Positions 46,893 through 56,555 of a stretch of 64,000 nucleotides of DNA are shown piece by piece (within the stretch, counting starts at the first letter, position 1; each line of letters starts with the position of its first letter). The notes under the pieces are model-generated. The model did no database searches and had not been told where the DNA came from. It was given only the letters and a program-made list of their open reading frames with translations. The position numbers were made by a program, and so were the translations under genes. The DNA lies in the NCBI GenBank assembly GCA_963727525.1, contig CAVSGO010000007.1, positions 480,001 through 544,000 on the forward strand. Reading direction: 5' to 3'. Origin of the DNA: an uncultured bacterium (lineage in GTDB: Bacteria; Krumholzibacteriota; Krumholzibacteriia; LZORAL124-64-63).

Positions 46893-47549
46893 ATGTGGAA
46901 GCGCCTGCAACGTCATTTCTTCACCGGCCTGCTCGCCCTGTCGCCGCTGGCCATCACGCTGTGGATCCTGGTCAAGTTCTACGAGCAGATCGACAACACG
47001 ATGCGCCCCTGGTTGCAGCGCATCCCGCACCTCACGGATATGTATCCGGACTTCTTCCTGACGATCATCGCCTTCTTCTGTTTTCTCGGGCTGATCGTCG
47101 CCGTCGGCATGCTGGCGCGCAACGTGGCCGGGCGCGCGTTCTTCTCGGCCGTCGAACAGGCCATGAATCGCATCCCCGTGGTCAAGAGCGTGTTCGCGGC
47201 GATCAAGCAGATCGCCGAGGTCTTCCTGTCGGATCGCCGCTCGGCGTTCCAGGAGGTCGTTCTCTTCGAGTATCCCCGGCCTGGCATCTACTCGCTGGGC
47301 TTCGTGACGCGTGACGATCCGGGGACGGAGCTTCTAAACGTCTTCCTGCCCACCACGCCGAATCCGACGAGCGGCTACCTGCTGATGATTCCGCGCCACC
47401 AGGCCGCGATCCTGTCGCTGACCGTGGAAGAGGGGATCCGACTCATCATCTCCGGTGGTTCGGTCATGAGTCCCACGCAGGCGCAGCTGGTCGGTCGCGA
47501 GGCCGGCGAGCTTCTGGGCGCCCCGCGCGCCTCGAAGGAGGTGCCGTGA
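46893..47549 (+). CDS. DUF502 domain membrane protein
   Basis: FFTGLL..PLAIT, RIPVVKSVF, EYPRPG, VFLPTTPNPTSG. Confidence 0.9.
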   Translation: MWKRLQRHFFTGLLALSPLAITLWILVKFYEQIDNTMRPWLQRIPHLTDMYPDFFLTIIAFFCFLGLIVAVGMLARNVAGRAFFSAVEQAMNRIPVVKSVFAAIKQIAEVFLSDRRSAFQEVVLFEYPRPGIYSLGFVTRDDPGTELLNVFLPTTPNPTSGYLLMIPRHQAAILSLTVEEGIRLIISGGSVMSPTQAQLVGREAGELLGAPRASKEVP

Positions 47550-48997
47550 ACGAGAACACGCGCGACGAGAACGACCGAGACGGGAACGCGGCCGCGCGGG
47601 AGCCCGAACGGGTACTGGATCCGTCGAACCTCGAGGTCGAGCGGTATGTGGTGGCGCAGCAGTTCCAGGAGTACCTGGAGCATGCCGACGAGCCGGCCAT
47701 CGCCGAGCTGGCTCGCCGGCTGCAGCCGGGCGATCTGGCCGAGGTCCTGCGTCCGCTCACCGTCGAGGACACGGTGAAGATCCTGCGCCAGCTGACACCC
47801 GAACCGTTGGCCGAGGTGCTCAGCGAGATCGACAACCGGAGCCAGGCTGCCCTGTTCACCCTGCTCGATCATGACGAGATCGCGGACATCCTCGAGGAGA
47901 TGCCCTCCGATGACGCCACCGACCTGCTGGCCGAGATGGATAATGATCAGCAACGCCTCGTGCTCGCGGCCATGGAGGCCGACGAGCGTGACGACGTCGA
48001 GGAATTGCTGCGCTACGGTCCGGAGACGGCCGGCGGCATCATGGCCAAGGAGGTGCTCACCTGCCGCGAAGACCAGACCTGCGGCGAGGCCGTGGAGGTA
48101 CTGCGCACCTGGGAAGAGGACGAGCTGGAGGAGATGCACTTCGTCTTCGTGGTGGACGATCGGGAGCATCTCGTCGGCCGTCTGCCGCTGTTCCGGCTAC
48201 TCCTCGCCAAGCCGACCACGCTGGTGCGCCAGGCGATGGAGGTGGACCCGCTCTACGTCGATGTCGATCTCGACCAGGAAGAGGTCGCCCAGTACATCAT
48301 GACGCACGACCTGGTCAGCTTGCCGGTCGTGGATCATCGGCATCGCCTCGTGGGGCGCATCTCGGTGGATGACGTCATGGACGTCGTCGAGGAGGAGGCG
48401 ACCGAGGACATCTCGCGGATGGCCGGTGTCAGCGTGCAGGAATTCGGGGAGCAGTCGTCGCTGCGCATCGCGCGGTCGCGCATCCCGTGGCTCCTGGGTG
48501 CGCTGGCGGGCGAGATGGGGAGTATACTCGTGCTGCGCGGGTTCACGCATAGCCTCGAGGCGATGGTCGCACTCTCGTTCTTCATTCCCGCGATCATGGC
48601 GATGGGTGGCAACACCGGTATCCAGACCTCGAGCGTCGTGGTGCGAGGCCTGGCCACGGGCGAGGTGGGGTTCTATCAATTCGGACGCCATATCCTGAGG
48701 GAATTGCTCACTGCGCTGGTGACGGGTGCCTGTCTGGCGCTCTGTGTTGCGGGCATCTGCTGGGTGGTGGTCGGGAATCTCCACCTGGCGGCCGTACTGG
48801 CGCTGGCCATGATGTCGGTGGTCCTCATCGCCGCGCTCGTGGGGACGGGCATGCCGCTGCTGTTGCACCGTGCCGGCGTCGATCCCGCCGTGGCCACGGG
48901 GCCGTTCATCACCACGTTCAACGACGTGATCGGATTGCTCATCTATCTCAGCCTGGCGATGCTGCTCCTTGGCCTCGGTCACCAGGGTGCCGGATGA
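47546..48997 (+). CDS. mgtE: Magnesium transporter MgtE
   Basis: TAGGIM, CBS pair, RIPWL, MGGNTGIQ, DPAVATGPFITTFND. Confidence 0.95.
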   Translation: MNENTRDENDRDGNAAAREPERVLDPSNLEVERYVVAQQFQEYLEHADEPAIAELARRLQPGDLAEVLRPLTVEDTVKILRQLTPEPLAEVLSEIDNRSQAALFTLLDHDEIADILEEMPSDDATDLLAEMDNDQQRLVLAAMEADERDDVEELLRYGPETAGGIMAKEVLTCREDQTCGEAVEVLRTWEEDELEEMHFVFVVDDREHLVGRLPLFRLLLAKPTTLVRQAMEVDPLYVDVDLDQEEVAQYIMTHDLVSLPVVDHRHRLVGRISVDDVMDVVEEEATEDISRMAGVSVQEFGEQSSLRIARSRIPWLLGALAGEMGSILVLRGFTHSLEAMVALSFFIPAIMAMGGNTGIQTSSVVVRGLATGEVGFYQFGRHILRELLTALVTGACLALCVAGICWVVVGNLHLAAVLALAMMSVVLIAALVGTGMPLLLHRAGVDPAVATGPFITTFNDVIGLLIYLSLAMLLLGLGHQGAG

Positions 48998-49829
48998 GCC
49001 TGTTGCCGCAGCCTGCCGGAAGTGGGCGGGCTCTCGTCCTGCGCGCCTTCCCCACGGGTGAGACCAGCGTGATCGCCTCGCTCCTGACCGCCGAACACGG
49101 TCCGTTGCGGGTGGTGGCCAAGGGGGCCCGCCTGGGACGTTCGCGTCTGCAACCTCTCGTGCAGCCGGGGCGGCTGGTCGACATCGAATTTACGCTCACG
49201 CCCGGTCGCGAATTGCAGTACCTGCGCGCCGGCGATGTGCGGTTGGACCCGCTGGGCCTGGGCGCGACACTGGAACGGTCGGCCTATCTCCTGGCCGCGC
49301 TCGAGATCGTGGATCGGTGTCGTCCGGGGGAGATCCACGAGGCGGGGCTGTTCCAGCTTTGCGCCGAGTACGTGACGGTATTATCCTGCGCCGACGCGGG
49401 GCGGGAGGCGGCGCTGTTCTTCGCCTTCGAGCTGGCGCTGCTCGATCTGCACGGCATACGGCCCCATCTGGACGCGTGCGTCGAGTGCGGGGTATCGCGC
49501 GTGGCTGCCGGCGACGGCCCGACCTGGCTCGATTCCGCGGCCGGCGGGATGCTCTGCGGGGCGTGTCGCTCATGTGGCCATGGTGGTGGCAACCGGCTGC
49601 TGACGGAGGCGATGCTCGCTGCGTGGGCCGAACTCGGTGCGGCGCCGCAGCAATGGCCGTCGGCACTATCGCGGCCAGTGGCGCGGGAGTGGGGCATCGT
49701 ATTGCACCGATTCCTCGAGTACCACCTGCCGGGTTACCGGTTGCCTGCGGCGCTCGATCTCCTGAGAGCGGGCGCCGCCAGCGGGCGGTCGCCGCGAGAT
49801 CCGGATGATCCGGATGAGGAGGACCGGAG

Positions 49830-49833
<4 letters not shown>
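48994..49833 (+). CDS. recO: DNA repair protein RecO
   Basis: [13 protein letters not shown]...VAKGAR OB fold; C-x2-C...C-x2-C zinc finger; located before glyQ. Confidence 0.85.
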
Positions 49834-50709
<876 letters not shown>

Positions 50710-50723
<14 letters not shown>

Positions 50724-52902
50724 GCCCACCGCCGCGCGGGTGCCTCTGTTGCTGGAGATCGGATCGGAGGAGATCCCGGCCCGCTTCGTGCCCGACGCCA
50801 TGGCGTTCGTGGCGGAGCGCTGCGAGACGTTGCTCAACGAGGTCTATCTGGACCACGCCCCGTTGCGGGTGGTGGCCACGCCTCGGCGCCTTGCCGTGAT
50901 CTGCGACGCTGTGGCGACGTGCCAGCCGGACCGCGAGGTGGAACTGAAGGGGCCGCCGGTGAGTGTGGCCTTCGCGGCGAATGGCGCGCCGACCCGGGCG
51001 GGGGAGGCGTTCGCCAGCAAGGCGGGCATCCCTCTCGCCGATTGCGAGCGTGCCGTCGACAAGCGGGGCGAGTATCTCGTCGCGCGCATGCGTGTGGCGG
51101 GGCGTTCGACCGCGGAGGTGCTCGCGGAGGCGCTGCCGGGGGTGATCCTGGCGATCCCCTTCCGCAAGGTGATGCGCTGGGGTACCGGGACCATCGAGTA
51201 CGCCCGGCCCCTTCAGTGGATCGTGTGCCTGCTCGGGACCGCAGTCGTGGACTTCACCGTCGGCGACCTGGCCACCGGACGCGAGACACGCGGCCACCGG
51301 ACGCTTACCAGAGATCGGCGACGCGCCCTGGGCGCCGCGAGCGAGTATCTGCCGGCCATGGCCGAGCTCTCCGTGATCGTCGATCCCGCGGAGCGCCGCG
51401 GTCTGATCGAGGCTCAAGCGTCGGCGGCGATGGCCGCCCTTCCGGGGCCGGCGACCTGGCGGGCGGACGCCGAACTCATCGCTGAGGTCGTGCAACTCTG
51501 CGAGCATCCGACGGTATTCCGCGGCGATTACGCCGAGCACTACTTCGCCTTGCCGCGCGAGGTGATCGTGACCGCTCTCAAGGCGCACCAGCGATACTTC
51601 GCGGTGGAGGGGGCCGACGGATCGGCGCTGTTGCCGCACTTCCTGGCCGTGCGCGACGGAGGTGGCGAGCATCTGGACAAGGTCGTGGCCGGCAACGAGC
51701 GCGTGCTGCGCGCCCGCCTCGACGACGCCCTGTTCTACTGGCGTTTCGACCAGCAGAAGTCGCCGGACGAGCACACGCAGGGCCTGGCCACGGTCACGTG
51801 GCTCGAGGGTTTCGGCTCGGTGCTCGACAAGACGCACCGGGTGACGGACCTCGTCGCTTATCTCTGGGAGCGTGGTCTGGGCGATGGCGCGGCGGTGCCT
51901 GCAGCGCTGACGCGGGCGGCGACAATCGCCAAGTTCGACCTGGTCACCGAGATGATCAAGGACGGCAAGGAGTTCACGAAGCTCGAAGGTGTGATGGCCG
52001 CGCGGTACGCGGCGAAGGCGGGCGAGGATGCCGCCGTATGCCGGACCATCGAACGCTTCTATCTGCCAAGAGGGGCAGAGGGCGAACTCCCGGGCGACGG
52101 CCTCAGCAGCACCCTGTCCATCGCGGATCGTCTGGACACGCTGGCAGGATGCTGGCTAGCCGGGTTCGTGCCGACCGGCGCCAAGGATCCCTACGCTCTG
52201 CGGCGGCACACGCTCGCCATCATCCGCACGCTCCTGGACCGCGAGGCCCGGATCGATCTGCCCGCCGCGATCGCACGGGCACTGGCGCCCTATGCGTCTT
52301 TCGGGCCGAAGCGCGGGCTGGAAGAGGCGGCCGGGGAGATCGTGGATTTCGTCCGAGTGCGCCTCGAGGGTTTCGTCACGGAATCCCTGGGGGCGAATGC
52401 CCAGGTCGCGCGCGCGGTGCTGGGGGCCCGCCGTCTCGATCCCACGGACATCGCGGCCTGGATCCGCGCGCTGGAACGATTCCGTAACCGTGATGATTTT
52501 TTACTTCTGGCTACTGGCTTCAAGCGGTGCACGAACATCCTCGAGGGCCAGGCGTGGCCGCCGCACCTGCGGGCGGAGAGCCTCGAACGGTGGCGTGACG
52601 GCGGGCGGACGCCCGACGGTGGGGACTTCTCTGACCTGCCGGAACCGGAGGAGCGAGCGCTTACCGAGGCTGTGGCGGCGGCGGCAGCCGCGGTCGCAAC
52701 TGCCGAGACGGAAGGCGATTACGTGGCTGTGTTCGAACTGCTTTCGAGTCTCGGGCCGGCCATCGATCGCTTCTTCGAGAGCGTGCGAGTGAATGTCGAC
52801 GACGCGGTTCTGCGCGGGCGTCGCCACGATTTCCTGCGGGAGATCCATGCCGTTTTTTCGCGTTTCGCCGATTTTTCGTGGGTCGCGCCGGGAGAAGATT
52901 GA
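50710..52902 (+). CDS. glyS: Glycine--tRNA ligase beta subunit
   Basis: [55 protein letters not shown]-like C-terminus. Confidence 0.96.
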
Positions 52903-52958
52903 CGTCACGGCCGTTCCTCTTGAGATCGGTTCGACATACTTTTTTTTCAGATATGGTA

Positions 52959-52987
52959 TTGACTCGCTCTGGCCCCTACTGTAAGGT
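52959..52987 (+). promoter_or_regulatory. sigma70-type promoter with upstream T-tract (UP-like)
   Basis: TTGACT-17 bp-TAAGGT; T8 run at 52940-47. Confidence 0.6.
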
Positions 52988-53112
52988 AATCCTGCGACTC
53001 ACTGGGCAAAGAGTTCCCGATCCTGTGAGTTACGCGGTCCTAACTTTCCGCTCGTTCGTGCCAATCACTTGACACCTAGTGCACACGACAAATGTGGTCC
53101 GCGAAATAACCA

Positions 53113-53282
53113 TAAGGAGGTCTCTTCCGCGATTCGCGCCGTGGCCCCAGCCACCAAGCCCAAAGCCGGGAACGCTTTGTCTGACCATGACTCTAACCGA
53201 GGCTTGTCTTCGGGGGCTACGTAGCGGCGCGGGGAGAGTACGCCTAAAAACCATGTGTTGGCCCTTGGTCAACGATGGGGGG
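53113..53282 (+). promoter_or_regulatory. Structured 5' leader of the large surface-protein gene
   Basis: Nested helices 53122-31/53228-38, 53140-48/53213-21, 53155-60/53201-06 and 53161-66/53174-79, then hairpin 53251-63/53267-78 abutting the G-rich RBS. Confidence 0.5.
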
Positions 53283-53288
53283 AAAAGC

Positions 53289-56200
53289 ATGAAGCGATTT
53301 GTTCTGTTCGCCACGCTGTCCCTGGCTCTTGTGTTTGCGATGAGCGCCATGGCCGATACCAACCATCACCAGGCGGTGAAGGGTGGATACGGGATGATCT
53401 ATGGTGCCCCCGCAAACACGGCCAAGGCCGTGGGAGATACCACGTACTTGCTGGGTGGGCCCGGTTCCTTCAATGGCCGGTTCGAGGATGCCTCTGGCAA
53501 CCCCGACTGGCAGGGCTGGACTCACGACGATATCACCTTCGCAGGTATTCAGCGCTGGAACGTGTCCACGTACAACGTACCCACCGGCGGCGGCACCTAT
53601 GCGGCCTGGTGCGGTGCGGTGTTCGCGAACGCCTGCGCTGAGGGTTATGGCAACGACTGGAACGAGAACCTCGTGTATGCGTACACGGTTCCCAATCCCG
53701 GCGTTTCCACGATCGTGAACCTGTCCTGCGTCTTCAATTCCGACTCCGAGCCGGGCTTCGACTACTTCATGGTGCAGTACAACCGCGGTGGCGTTTGGCA
53801 GACCGTGGGCGTGCCGTACGATGGGGCCAACGTCGACGTCGCGTTCTCGGCGCCGATCTCCTTCACCCCTGCCGACTACGTCGGTTCCGGCGGCAACCAG
53901 CTGCAGATTCGCTTCCACAGCGACTCTGACGGCGCTTGGTCCGATGAGGACTGCCTCTGGGACACCAGTGGTCACGCGCAGGTTGACAACATCGTGTTCG
54001 CCATCACCGGTGTTCCGTCCGTCACGTTCAACTTCGAGGACGGCAACACGAATACGTTCGATGACGGAGACCTGACCAACCTCGAGCAGGTGTTCGATGT
54101 CGGCGTGGGCGACTTCAGCAAGATCTGGGTCGGCCTCAATGACATCGACGTGTGCCGCACGAACTACTCCGCTCAGGTCGCCTTCATCGACGACGGCGAC
54201 GTCGTGCCGGGCACCGGCGGCTACCAGTGCACCACCTGGTGCTATGGCCCTGGCGGTTACATCGTGAACCCCGAGGGTGGTCTGGCCGGTCCCGACCAGC
54301 ACATCAACAACCTGCTCATCTCGCCGGTCCTGACCTGGCCGGCCGGTGCCGATGCCGCGTACCTGGAGTACGAGGCCTACCGTCACGAGACGCGCATCGC
54401 CTCGATGAGCGGTATTTTCTACCAGTGGCATGTCCGGTCGACCACCGGCGATGCGCAGGACCTCGCCGCGTCCGCGTGGCAGGACCGCAACTTCGTGTAC
54501 TACGGTGGTCCGGACTACCTGCGTGATCATCAGGTCGTAACCGATCTCCTCGAGCCGGGTCGCGCGCTCGTGCAGATGTCTCTGCGCTGCATCGAGTACG
54601 GCTGGGTCTGGGGCGAGGTTGGAGTCGACGGCACGCCGGCTCCGTACTTCGACAACGTTGCGTTCGTGGCCTTCCCGTACGCGGGTCCTGGCATCACGGC
54701 GCGCGAAATCGACATCGCGCAGGACAGCTTCCCCGAGCGCGGTGTGCTCGATACCGGCACCCTTGCCAACAACTGGATCCGTTTCGACATGGCACGGAGC
54801 ATCTCTCCGAGCGCCGACCTGCGAAACGATCCGGGCGACTCGCTGCTCTTCGACATCGGCTTGCCGCGTGCGAATTCGACGCTCAACCAGATGCCGAAGA
54901 TCGTCGTGAAGATGAAGGCCAACCCGCTGTTCGACACGGCTCGCGTCCTGCCGCCGAACTTCACCCAGACCGGCGACGTGGTCGACGGTTGGGCGTATGG
55001 CGACTCGACGTTCCAGTCGAATGGCACCGTGGTGGAGAACCGGTACAACTTCGACCTGCCGGACTCCAACCTCTTCTTCCCCGGCGACGTGATTCACTAC
55101 TACATCGAGGCCGAGGACAACGTTCCTGGTGGCAACCCGGTCGTCGGAACGTCGACGATCCCTGCCGACCTCACTGGCTTCGATAACTTCACCACCCCGC
55201 TCGCGTACAACAGCAGCTTCGTGGTTCATGGCCTGCCGACGATGTTCGATGTGGCGGGCAATCAGCCGCGGATCCTGTTCTGGAACGACTTCGCGAACCG
55301 TGGTGGCGAGAACGAGTGGTTGCTGTCCCTGAACAACCTGGGCTACAACGAGGGCAACGACTACGACCAGTACTACACCAACGGTCCGAGCTCGGGCGTT
55401 GGCGACGGTCTGGGTGGCCGTGCCACGACGGCCGTCATCGACGGATACGACGTGTTGCTCTACACCGCTGGCGACCTGTCGGTCGAGACGATCTCCAACG
55501 GTGACTTCAACGACGATCCGGGCAACGATGTCGGCCTGCTCGATCTCTGGTTCCAGCAGGGTGGCAAGAAAGCCTTCTTCACCGGCGACAACCTGGTCTA
55601 CAGCATGACCCAGGCTGGCGGCTCGACGCAGGCCTTCTTTGCCAACTACTTCGGCGTGCAGTTCATCCAGAAGGATCTGTCCGGCCTGATCGGCAACCAG
55701 ATCGCTCCGCACGTCCACACCATCCAGAACAACAGCGTGTTCTCGTCCATCGACGAGTGGATCGCGTTTGGTGGCTGCCTTGGCATCAATCAGTTCGATG
55801 CCGTCCAGACCATCGGCGCGACCGAGCGTGTGGCCGAGTTCCTGAGCCCGTCCGGTACGGGGGGCCAGTATCCGTATGCGGCGACCACGCGCAAGACGGC
55901 CACCGCAGACGTGATCACGATGCCCTACGACCTCATGTTCATCTACAACGCGCCAGGCTACGTGCCGCCGACGCCCGCGTTGCCGGCTCGCGCGGCTGTC
56001 CTCCAGGACATCCTCGTCGAGTTCGGTGTCGCGCCGACGGGCTCGATCATCGGTGTGCCCGACAACGGTGTGTTCGCGGTGAGCAACTACCCGAACCCGT
56101 TCAACCCGCAGACGACCATCAAGCTGAACCTCCCGAAGGCGGGGCATGTCAGCCTGAAGGTCTTCAACGTCCGCGGTGAACTGGTCAAGACCCTCGTGAA

Positions 56201-56342
56201 CGGCAATCTGGAAGCTGGCGAGCAGTCCATCGTCTGGGACGGCTCCAACGACCAGGGCGCCAAGGTTGCCTCGGGTGTCTACTTCTACGAGACCCGTGCC
56301 AACGGCGAGGTGAAGGTCAACAAGATGGCGCTGGTGAAGTAA
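53289..56342 (+). CDS. Large secreted acidic protein with FlgD-Ig/T9SS-type C-terminal domain (candidate major surface protein)
   Basis: Signal peptide MKRFVLFATLSLALVFAMSAMA; beta-sandwich segments (DSEPGFDY...QIRFHSDSD); NYPNPFNPQT...VASGVYFY...KMALVK; no catalytic motif recognised. Confidence 0.88.
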   Translation: MKRFVLFATLSLALVFAMSAMADTNHHQAVKGGYGMIYGAPANTAKAVGDTTYLLGGPGSFNGRFEDASGNPDWQGWTHDDITFAGIQRWNVSTYNVPTGGGTYAAWCGAVFANACAEGYGNDWNENLVYAYTVPNPGVSTIVNLSCVFNSDSEPGFDYFMVQYNRGGVWQTVGVPYDGANVDVAFSAPISFTPADYVGSGGNQLQIRFHSDSDGAWSDEDCLWDTSGHAQVDNIVFAITGVPSVTFNFEDGNTNTFDDGDLTNLEQVFDVGVGDFSKIWVGLNDIDVCRTNYSAQVAFIDDGDVVPGTGGYQCTTWCYGPGGYIVNPEGGLAGPDQHINNLLISPVLTWPAGADAAYLEYEAYRHETRIASMSGIFYQWHVRSTTGDAQDLAASAWQDRNFVYYGGPDYLRDHQVVTDLLEPGRALVQMSLRCIEYGWVWGEVGVDGTPAPYFDNVAFVAFPYAGPGITAREIDIAQDSFPERGVLDTGTLANNWIRFDMARSISPSADLRNDPGDSLLFDIGLPRANSTLNQMPKIVVKMKANPLFDTARVLPPNFTQTGDVVDGWAYGDSTFQSNGTVVENRYNFDLPDSNLFFPGDVIHYYIEAEDNVPGGNPVVGTSTIPADLTGFDNFTTPLAYNSSFVVHGLPTMFDVAGNQPRILFWNDFANRGGENEWLLSLNNLGYNEGNDYDQYYTNGPSSGVGDGLGGRATTAVIDGYDVLLYTAGDLSVETISNGDFNDDPGNDVGLLDLWFQQGGKKAFFTGDNLVYSMTQAGGSTQAFFANYFGVQFIQKDLSGLIGNQIAPHVHTIQNNSVFSSIDEWIAFGGCLGINQFDAVQTIGATERVAEFLSPSGTGGQYPYAATTRKTATADVITMPYDLMFIYNAPGYVPPTPALPARAAVLQDILVEFGVAPTGSIIGVPDNGVFAVSNYPNPFNPQTTIKLNLPKAGHVSLKVFNVRGELVKTLVNGNLEAGEQSIVWDGSNDQGAKVASGVYFYETRANGEVKVNKMALVK

Positions 56343-56362
56343 TTCACCGTTTCGTCTGACCT

Positions 56363-56397
56363 GGCAGCGGCCCCCCCGGGGGCCGCTGCTGCTTTAT
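56363..56397 (+). terminator. Intrinsic terminator
   Basis: GGCAGCGGCCCC/GGGGCCGCTGCT GC-rich stem followed by GCTTTAT, 20 nt after the stop codon. Confidence 0.8.
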
Positions 56398-56450
56398 GAG
56401 CGGGAGATTTCCCCCGAGTGGGCCGGGCGAAGCCATCCGGGATGCGGAAG

Positions 56451-56480
56451 TTGACACGGCACGGGCGTAATCCCTATATT
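56451..56480 (+). promoter_or_regulatory. sigma70-type promoter
   Basis: TTGACA-18 bp-TATATT. Confidence 0.65.
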
Positions 56481-56555
56481 TCACTTGGTTTCTCGGGATC
56501 TAGCCCCGCCGCCCGAGTTTTGGGACTCATGCGCGAATAGGGAGTACGGACCGAC

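Noticed and set aside
52940-52947. T8 homopolymer as a phase-variation switch
   Set aside because: Short and located upstream of the -35 rather than in the spacer or ORF; better explained as an UP element or glyS termination tract.
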